Shown here: positions 38,339 to 44,039 of the stretch, piece after piece
Position numbering within the stretch: position 1 is the first letter of the stretch
How the letters are laid out: each line of letters begins with the position of its first letter
Assembly (NCBI RefSeq): GCF_049701015.1
Contig: NZ_JBNATZ010000002.1
Location: 1-44,039, forward strand
Length of the DNA stretch: 44,039 bases
Origin: Desulfofundulus sp.
Lineage (GTDB): Bacteria > Bacillota > Desulfotomaculia > Desulfotomaculales > Desulfovirgulaceae
Reading direction: 5' to 3'
Position numbers and translations under genes: made by a program
The notes under the pieces: model-generated
The model's database searches: none
What the model saw: only the letters and a program-made list of their open reading frames with translations
What the model was told of the DNA's origin: nothing

Positions 38339-40180
38339 ATGAAGATTGGGATCACGAAAAAGAGAAAACTTTATCGTTCTTTAGGCCGCGGGATGTTTGC
38401 CTGTCTGACCGCAGGCTTGTTGTTGTTATCCTGGCCGGGTACTTCCCCGGCCGGTGGAACGCAGGAAGTAGTTTTTAAAGTGGGGGAAAAGAACTATTTC
38501 GTAAGTGAACAAAGTTTTGCCATGGATGCCTCGCCCTTCATTGCCGGGGGACGCACCTACGTGCCTTTACGTTACCTGGCCCTGGCCCTAAATGTGGCTG
38601 AGAAGGATATCCATTGGGATAAAAATACCGGCACTGTTTTGCTGATAAAGGGCAATCTTACCGTAAAGCTTACAGTGGGCAGCAGGACCATGACAGTGAA
38701 CGGACAGGCTAAGGAAATGGATGTGGCACCGCTTCTCAAGGACGGGCGCAGCTACCTGCCGGTACGCTATGTGGCCGAGGTGCTGGGTTACCGCGTCGAA
38801 TGGGACCAGCAAAGCCTTGCCGTCCGGGTGGAACCGGTGGCTCCGCCGGGGGGCGGGCAGTCCGACTCCGGTATTGCGGGGCAGGTGGTTGTACAGGGCA
38901 ATAGAGTTAATGTACGCAGCGGCCCGGGCTTGCAGAACCCGGTGGTGACCCAGGTGAACCGCGGTGAGCGCCTGGCTGTTTTAGGAAAGGTTCCCGACTG
39001 GTATCAGGTGCAGCTGCCCGGTGGGGGAACGGGCTGGATTGTAGCCTGGTATGTTCAGGAGGAAGGCCGGAGTACCGGTTCTGGCAGCACTCCGGTTCCC
39101 GCGCCGCCCGTGCAGGGGGAGGAAAGCTCCCGGAGTTTGCCCGGCGGACGTCCCCAGACCGGCGACACTGGCGGTCAGTCCCGGGATGCGGGCAGTTCAC
39201 CCGGGCAGCAGCCTCAAGGCTCCCAGCCGCAGGCCGGCCCGGGTGAACAGAGCCAGAGTCCGGCTGTGACCGGGCTTGATGTTGCTGCGGCGGGTAAGGT
39301 CACAAGGGTGACGGTGACGGCCGGAGGGGCCATGACTTACAATATTTTCAGGCTGGCTTCTCCCGACCGTCTCGTGGTGGATTTAACAGGTGTTTGTCCT
39401 GGTAACTTGCCGAAGGAAATGCCCGTGAACACTGATGCGGTTGATAGGTTGCGGGTGGGCTGGTTCAGCCAGTCCCCGGATGTTACCCGCCTGGTCTTTG
39501 ACGTGAAGGGGCCGGTGCAGTACCGGGCCAGCCTGTCGGCAGACGGTAAAACACTGGAAATGCAGATTTATATTCCGGACCCCGGCGATGTCCTGCGGGA
39601 TGTGATTATAGCCGTCGATCCGGGACACGGAGGGCCAGACCCGGGTGCTATAGCAAACGGTTTGCAGGAAAAGGATATTACGTTGAAGATCTCCCAGCGG
39701 GTGGCTGAGTTGCTTTCAGCCCGCGGAGCCAGGCCCTTACTTACCAGAAGCGGCGATTATGATGTGGGACTGTACGAGCGAACGGACATGGCCAACCGGG
39801 CGGGGGCTGAAATTTTCGTGAGCATCCATATCAACGCCAACGTAAACCCTGATGTCCAGGGGACGGCTACCTATATCCTGAGTCCTGCCGGCGGCGGAGA
39901 CCCCAACCGCCGGGAGGAGAGCCGCAGGCTGGCCGGGCGCATCCAGGCTCAGCTGGTGCAAAGGCTTGGGTTGGAAGATGACGGAGTCCTGGAGGCTAAT
40001 TTTGCCGTTCTGCGCACTTCGGCGATGCCGGCGGTGCTGGTGGAAGTTGCCTACATCACCAACCCCCGCGAGTCCGCCCTGTTGACTCAGGACTGGTTTG
40101 TGGAGCAGACTGCACAGGGCATAGTCCAGGGCATTGTGGATTACCTGGGTGAGCGTATGGGCCAGGGAACCGGCGGCTAG
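38339..40180 (+). CDS. N-acetylmuramoyl-L-alanine amidase (stalk/Cu-amine-oxidase-N, SH3b, S/G/P/Q linker, AMIN, Amidase_3)
   Basis: Signal peptide, RTYVPLR, VNVRSGPG, DRLVVD, DPGHGG, EK, SIHIN, AVLVEVAYITN. Confidence 0.93.
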   Translation: MKIGITKKRKLYRSLGRGMFACLTAGLLLLSWPGTSPAGGTQEVVFKVGEKNYFVSEQSFAMDASPFIAGGRTYVPLRYLALALNVAEKDIHWDKNTGTVLLIKGNLTVKLTVGSRTMTVNGQAKEMDVAPLLKDGRSYLPVRYVAEVLGYRVEWDQQSLAVRVEPVAPPGGGQSDSGIAGQVVVQGNRVNVRSGPGLQNPVVTQVNRGERLAVLGKVPDWYQVQLPGGGTGWIVAWYVQEEGRSTGSGSTPVPAPPVQGEESSRSLPGGRPQTGDTGGQSRDAGSSPGQQPQGSQPQAGPGEQSQSPAVTGLDVAAAGKVTRVTVTAGGAMTYNIFRLASPDRLVVDLTGVCPGNLPKEMPVNTDAVDRLRVGWFSQSPDVTRLVFDVKGPVQYRASLSADGKTLEMQIYIPDPGDVLRDVIIAVDPGHGGPDPGAIANGLQEKDITLKISQRVAELLSARGARPLLTRSGDYDVGLYERTDMANRAGAEIFVSIHINANVNPDVQGTATYILSPAGGGDPNRREESRRLAGRIQAQLVQRLGLEDDGVLEANFAVLRTSAMPAVLVEVAYITNPRESALLTQDWFVEQTAQGIVQGIVDYLGERMGQGTGG

Positions 40181-40216
40181 TTACTTTCCAGAAGAAAAAA
40201 TCTGTGTTATGATGGT

Positions 40217-40245
40217 ACAGGTCCTTGCACGGGCCTGTCTTTTTT
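40217..40245 (+). terminator. Intrinsic terminator after the amidase
   Basis: ACAGGTCC/GGGCCTGT stem plus T6. Confidence 0.7.
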
Positions 40246-40344
40246 GAACCGGGTAAGCCCTTGAACTAAGATGACGCCTGCTTGAATAAATATAAGTTGT
40301 ATTTTCCTGAGCATAATTTAAAAGGATAAGGAGAGAGCCTAAAA

Positions 40345-41148
40345 TTGAGCGATCCCAGGCCCATTGGTCTTTTTGATTCGGGAGTAGGGGGACTCACGGT
40401 TTCACGGCAGGTCTTTCGCCTGATGCCCGGGGAATCTACCGTCTATTTTGGAGACAACGCACACGTACCCTACGGACCCCGCAGTCCTGAAGAATTAATC
40501 GGGTTTGCCGGTAGCATCCTCACCTTCCTGGTGTCCTGCGGAGTCAAATACGTCATTTTTGCCTGCAACACCAACTCTTCCATTTCCCTGCCCGTGGTAA
40601 GGGAACTTTATGCGGTGCCCATGATCGGTCTGATCGAGCCGGGGGTGAGGGAAGCGGTGCGGGTGAGTACCGGGGGACGTATCGGGGTTATTGCCACTGA
40701 GGCTACCATCAAAAGCGGGGCCTACCAGCGGGCCTTGAAAGAGTTGAATCCTGAGCTGGCAGTTTTCAGTCAGGCTGCTCCCCGCCTGGTACCACTGGTA
40801 GAGGCGGGCAGGGCCGGTACCAGGGAGGCTCTGGAGGCGGTTGCCGGGTATGTGCGGCCGTTGAAAAAGGCCGGCATTGATACACTGATTTTGGGCTGTA
40901 CTCATTACCCTTTTCTGGAAACTGAATTCCGGGAAGCGCTCGGCCCGGAGGTGAAGCTGGTGGACCCGGCTGAAGCCACTACCATGGCCGCCCGGGATGA
41001 GATGCTTCGCCTGGGGTTGTTAAATAATCCCGGTGGTCCGGCCAGACACCGTTATTTTGTCAGCGGAGACCCCCGGGCATTTAAAGAAACAGCCCGCCTA
41101 TTCCTGGGTGAGGAGCTTCCGGAAGTCCGGCAGGTAAAACTTGACTGA
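40345..41148 (+). CDS. murI: Glutamate racemase
   Basis: FDSGVGGLTV, PYGPR, ACNT, LGCTHYP. Confidence 0.97.
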   Translation: MSDPRPIGLFDSGVGGLTVSRQVFRLMPGESTVYFGDNAHVPYGPRSPEELIGFAGSILTFLVSCGVKYVIFACNTNSSISLPVVRELYAVPMIGLIEPGVREAVRVSTGGRIGVIATEATIKSGAYQRALKELNPELAVFSQAAPRLVPLVEAGRAGTREALEAVAGYVRPLKKAGIDTLILGCTHYPFLETEFREALGPEVKLVDPAEATTMAARDEMLRLGLLNNPGGPARHRYFVSGDPRAFKETARLFLGEELPEVRQVKLD

Positions 41149-41204
41149 AGTCGAATTTATGGGGTATTGCTAAAAAGTACGTTAATTTACCAGGAGACAT
41201 TATT

Positions 41205-42221
41205 ATGGGTGACAGGAGCACTCAAGAAACTTTGCAGTTTAAGTCCCGGCGGGTGGGTATTACTACCACTGTGCCTGTGGAGGTCATATACGCCGCGGGA
41301 TGCATCCCGGTTGATTTAAACAATGTCTTCATAACCAGTCCCAATCCCGGGGAACTGGTGGAGGAAGCGGAACTTGCGGGTTATCCGCGGAATGTCTGTG
41401 CCTGGATCAAAGGGATTTACAGCACTGTCCTGCGGCACCGGGATATCCGCACCCTGGTGGCGGTCACCCAGGGTGACTGCAGCAACACCCATGCCCTGAT
41501 GGAGACCCTGGAGTTGATTGGTGTGGAAGTAATCCCCTTTGCCTATCCCTTTGACCGCGACCGGGACCTCCTGGCCCTGCAAATCGAAAAACTTATGGAC
41601 CGCTTTGGCGTGGACGGGACTGCGGTCAACCGCGCCCGGGAGCGCCTGGATCAAATCCGCCGCAAGGTATGGGAGATAGACAGGCTGACCTGGCAGGAAA
41701 ACCTGGTTGGAGGGTGGGACAACCACCTGTACCAGGTCAACTGCAGCGACTTTAAAGGAAATCCGGACGTATTTGAACAGGAAGTGGATGACTTTCTGGC
41801 CCGGCTGAAGGAAGCGCAGCCCCGGCAGGAAAGAATTCGCCTGGCTTACATCGGCGTACCTCCAATTATGGACGATCTTTACGATTATCTGGAGGAGCGG
41901 GGTGCCCGGGTGGTTTATAACGAAACCCAGCGTCAGTTTACCCTGCCCTTTGAGACCGCGGATCTGGTGGAACGTTATCGTTTGTACAGTTACCCGTACG
42001 GTATCTTTTACCGCCTGGAAGATATCTCCCGGGAACTGGAAAAACGCCGGGTGCACGGTGTCATCCACTACGCCCAGAGTTTTTGCTTCCGCCAAATTGA
42101 AGATTTGATAGTACGACAGAGGCTCAAGCTCCCCGTTCTCACCCTCGAGGGGGACAGGCCCAACCGCCTGGATGCCCGCACACGCATGCGCCTGGATGCT
42201 TTTATTGAAATGTTGCAGTAA
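41205..42221 (+). CDS. 2-hydroxyacyl-CoA dehydratase (HGD-D) family Fe-S protein, single subunit
   Basis: PVEVIYAAG, NVCAWIK, GDCS, GVIHY..SFC, LEGD, RLDAFIEM. Confidence 0.82.
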   Translation: MGDRSTQETLQFKSRRVGITTTVPVEVIYAAGCIPVDLNNVFITSPNPGELVEEAELAGYPRNVCAWIKGIYSTVLRHRDIRTLVAVTQGDCSNTHALMETLELIGVEVIPFAYPFDRDRDLLALQIEKLMDRFGVDGTAVNRARERLDQIRRKVWEIDRLTWQENLVGGWDNHLYQVNCSDFKGNPDVFEQEVDDFLARLKEAQPRQERIRLAYIGVPPIMDDLYDYLEERGARVVYNETQRQFTLPFETADLVERYRLYSYPYGIFYRLEDISRELEKRRVHGVIHYAQSFCFRQIEDLIVRQRLKLPVLTLEGDRPNRLDARTRMRLDAFIEMLQ

Positions 42222-42235
42222 CGGGGTGTATTCTT

Positions 42236-43009
42236 TTGTATTGTGGTATTGACCTGGGCAGCAGGAATGTGAAAATCGCCCTGATGGATGAAGAAGGCCG
42301 CCTGGAATTCTTAAAATACGATACCATCGCTTTTTACCGGGAGCACGGCCGGCTGGAAGAGGGTCAGCTGGCGGTGGATTTAGGAGCCCTCCTGCCCGCT
42401 GGAACCAGGCCACGGGCGGTGGTCAGCACCGGTTATGGACGCCAGACCGTGGCTCTGAAAGGAGCCAGGGTGATTCCGGAGATCAAGGCCCACGTGCTGG
42501 GTGCGATTCACCTTACCGGGCTGTCCGATTTCACCCTCCTGGACCTGGGCGGGCAGGACAGCAAGGTGGCCCTGGTGCGGGGCGGGCGGCTCGTGGATTT
42601 CCTGACCAACGATAAATGCGCCGCCAGTACCGGGCGTTACCTGGAAAATATGGCGGCCGTATTGAACATCAGCCTGGACGAGCTCAGCCGCCATCACCGG
42701 AACCCCGTGGATCTCAATTCCACCTGCGCCATTTTTGGGGAAACGGAGCTGATCGGCAAAGTTCTTGAAGGTCACTCTACCGGTTCCCTGGCCGCCGGGG
42801 TGAATTACACCATTTTTAAACGTATCCGGCCCATGCTGATGCGCCTTTTCAGCGACACACTGGTTTTTACGGGCGGTGTCGCCCGGAATGAAGCTTTAAG
42901 GAAAATCCTGTCTGAAGAGCTGGGGGTGCTGGTGGTGGTGCCGGAGAATCCCCAGTATACCGGGGCGGTGGGGTGTTGTGTAGAAGCCAGGTTGGGAAGT
43001 GAGAAGTGA
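42236..43009 (+). CDS. Acyl-CoA dehydratase activase (HgdC/BadF-type ASKHA ATPase, archerase)
   Basis: GIDLGS, TGYGR, DLGGQDSK, NDKCAA, STCAIF, TGGVA. Confidence 0.92.
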   Translation: MYCGIDLGSRNVKIALMDEEGRLEFLKYDTIAFYREHGRLEEGQLAVDLGALLPAGTRPRAVVSTGYGRQTVALKGARVIPEIKAHVLGAIHLTGLSDFTLLDLGGQDSKVALVRGGRLVDFLTNDKCAASTGRYLENMAAVLNISLDELSRHHRNPVDLNSTCAIFGETELIGKVLEGHSTGSLAAGVNYTIFKRIRPMLMRLFSDTLVFTGGVARNEALRKILSEELGVLVVVPENPQYTGAVGCCVEARLGSEK

Positions 43010-43047
43010 AAAGTCCGAAGTCGGAAGAAAAGTGGGAAATGGGAGGT
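42994..43047 (+). repeat. Degenerate heptamer tandem repeat (NNGAAGT)n
   Basis: GGGAAGT GAGAAGT GAAAAGT CCGAAGT CGGAAGA AAAGT GGGAAAT GGGAGGT. Confidence 0.75.
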
Positions 43048-43053
43048 GTGTAA

Positions 43054-43827
43054 ATGCGGATCACCGTTCTGGGCTGCTGGGCTCCCTACCCGGCTGCAGG
43101 TGGGGCCTGTTCAGGTTATCTCCTTCAGGACGGCGGGGGTAATATCTTGCTGGATGCCGGTCACGGTACTTTCAGCCGTCTCGTACAGTTTATCCACCAC
43201 TGCGACCTGCGGGCTGCGGTGATAACCCACCTGCATCCCGATCACTATGTGGACCTGCACTGCTTGCGTCATGCCACCGCCGCGGGGCTGCGGGAGAAGC
43301 ACCGTTGGCGTAAAGTGCAGCTTTTTTTGCCTTCGGAACCGGCACATATTTTTGAGGAGTTCTCCGCCTGTACCGATGCTTTTGATGTGGTACCCATCGA
43401 ATGCCTGCCGGAAGAGGAAGTCCCGCCCGGCATAAAGGTACGGTGCGGGTCCGTTGGTCCCGTACGGCTTTTCTTCCTGCCGGCGCGCCATTCTCTGCCC
43501 GCCTATTCGGTAGGGGTGGAAGGGTCAGGTTATTTTGTTTACTCCGGCGACAGCGCACCCACCGAAGAACTGGCTGCCCTGGCCGGGGAAGCGGGTATCT
43601 TCCTGTGTGAAGCCTCGGGTCTGGATAAGGATGCCGGTTTCCTGGCAGGCCGGCACATGACTGCCCGGGAGGCGGGAATCCTGGCCCGGCAGGCCCGGGT
43701 GAAGGAACTTATCATCACGCATTTCTATCCTGAATACGATCTCGCGGTTTTAAAGGCCGAAGCCGAGGCGGGTTTTGGTGGTACGGTGGAGCTGGCTGCT
43801 GAGGGGGATACATATTTCCTGTATTAA
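43054..43827 (+). CDS. MBL-fold metallo-hydrolase (RNase Z/YhfI-like)
   Basis: ACSGYL, LLDAG, THLHPDH, YSGDS, CEA, HMT, ITHF. Confidence 0.9.
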   Translation: MRITVLGCWAPYPAAGGACSGYLLQDGGGNILLDAGHGTFSRLVQFIHHCDLRAAVITHLHPDHYVDLHCLRHATAAGLREKHRWRKVQLFLPSEPAHIFEEFSACTDAFDVVPIECLPEEEVPPGIKVRCGSVGPVRLFFLPARHSLPAYSVGVEGSGYFVYSGDSAPTEELAALAGEAGIFLCEASGLDKDAGFLAGRHMTAREAGILARQARVKELIITHFYPEYDLAVLKAEAEAGFGGTVELAAEGDTYFLY

Positions 43828-43847
43828 TACGGTTGATGGATATACTA

Positions 43848-43877
43848 TAATGGAACCTTGAGTAATGGAACATTGAG
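43848..43877 (+). repeat. 15-bp tandem repeat TAATGGAACMTTGAG x2
   Basis: Read directly upstream of rph, 1 mismatch. Confidence 0.75.
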
Positions 43878-43893
43878 AGACAGGGGGAGAATT

Positions 43894-44039
43894 ATGGAGA
43901 GGGTGGACGGCAGGAAACCGGGTCAGATCAGGCCGGTGAAGATCACCAGGAATTTTAACAAGTATGCCGAAGGATCAGTGTTGGTGGAAGTGGGAGATAC
44001 GCGGGTCATCTGTACGGCTACGGTTGAGGACAGGGTCCC
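43894..44039 (+). CDS. rph: Ribonuclease PH (3'-truncated by window; absent from the ORF track)
   Basis: Hand translation gives [58 protein letters not shown]. The murI...rph neighbourhood fits. Confidence 0.93.
   Translation, partial: MERVDGRKPGQIRPVKITRNFNKYAEGSVLVEVGDTRVICTATVEDRV

Noticed and set aside
39060-39270. S/G/P/Q-rich segment in the amidase as a novel domain
   Set aside because: Ordinary disordered linker of modular cell-wall hydrolases.
40185-40213. SigA-like promoter TTTCCA-17-TATGAT for murI
   Set aside because: It lies immediately upstream of a terminator hairpin, so I cannot support it as functional without TSS data.
42994-43047. CRISPR array
   Set aside because: 7-nt periodicity with no spacers, and no cas genes in the window.

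Overview
44 kb chromosomal window from a GC-rich, probably spore-forming anaerobic Firmicute. Peptococcaceae/Desulfofundulus-like is my inference from gene content and promoter types. In order: (1) an anaerobic acyl-CoA/beta-oxidation cluster (two acyl-CoA dehydrogenases, thiolase, CoA-transferase, 3-hydroxyacyl-CoA dehydrogenase, crotonase) ending in an archaeal/PhlABC-type trio (SCP-x-like thiolase, an HMG-CoA-synthase-like protein lacking its catalytic Cys and Glu, and a DUF35 Zn-ribbon/OB protein); (2) an EamA transporter; (3) a complete Wadjet jetABCD anti-plasmid system with a structured spacer and a possible leader peptide before jetC; (4) AhpD-like protein and MFS transporter; (5) an arginine operon argC-J-B-D-carB-argF-G with ARG boxes, lacking carA and argH; (6) small hypothetical/sporulation-type genes and a Zn-PLC-family protein; (7) a full-length PTS Enzyme I homologue whose phosphoacceptor His is replaced by Thr inside a new CxxC motif; (8) an uncharacterised 3-gene operon (unknown enzyme, SCP2 protein, APC permease); (9) L,D-transpeptidase, amidase, murI, a 2-hydroxyacyl-CoA dehydratase-family/activase pair, an MBL hydrolase and the start of rph. 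I saw no tRNA, rRNA, CRISPR array, transposase or integrase. Best candidates for undescribed biology: the His-less Enzyme I, the pseudo-HMGCS thiolase complex, the SCP2/APC operon and recurring G-U-rich structured intergenic RNAs. All family calls come from motif recognition by eye; no database searches were run.
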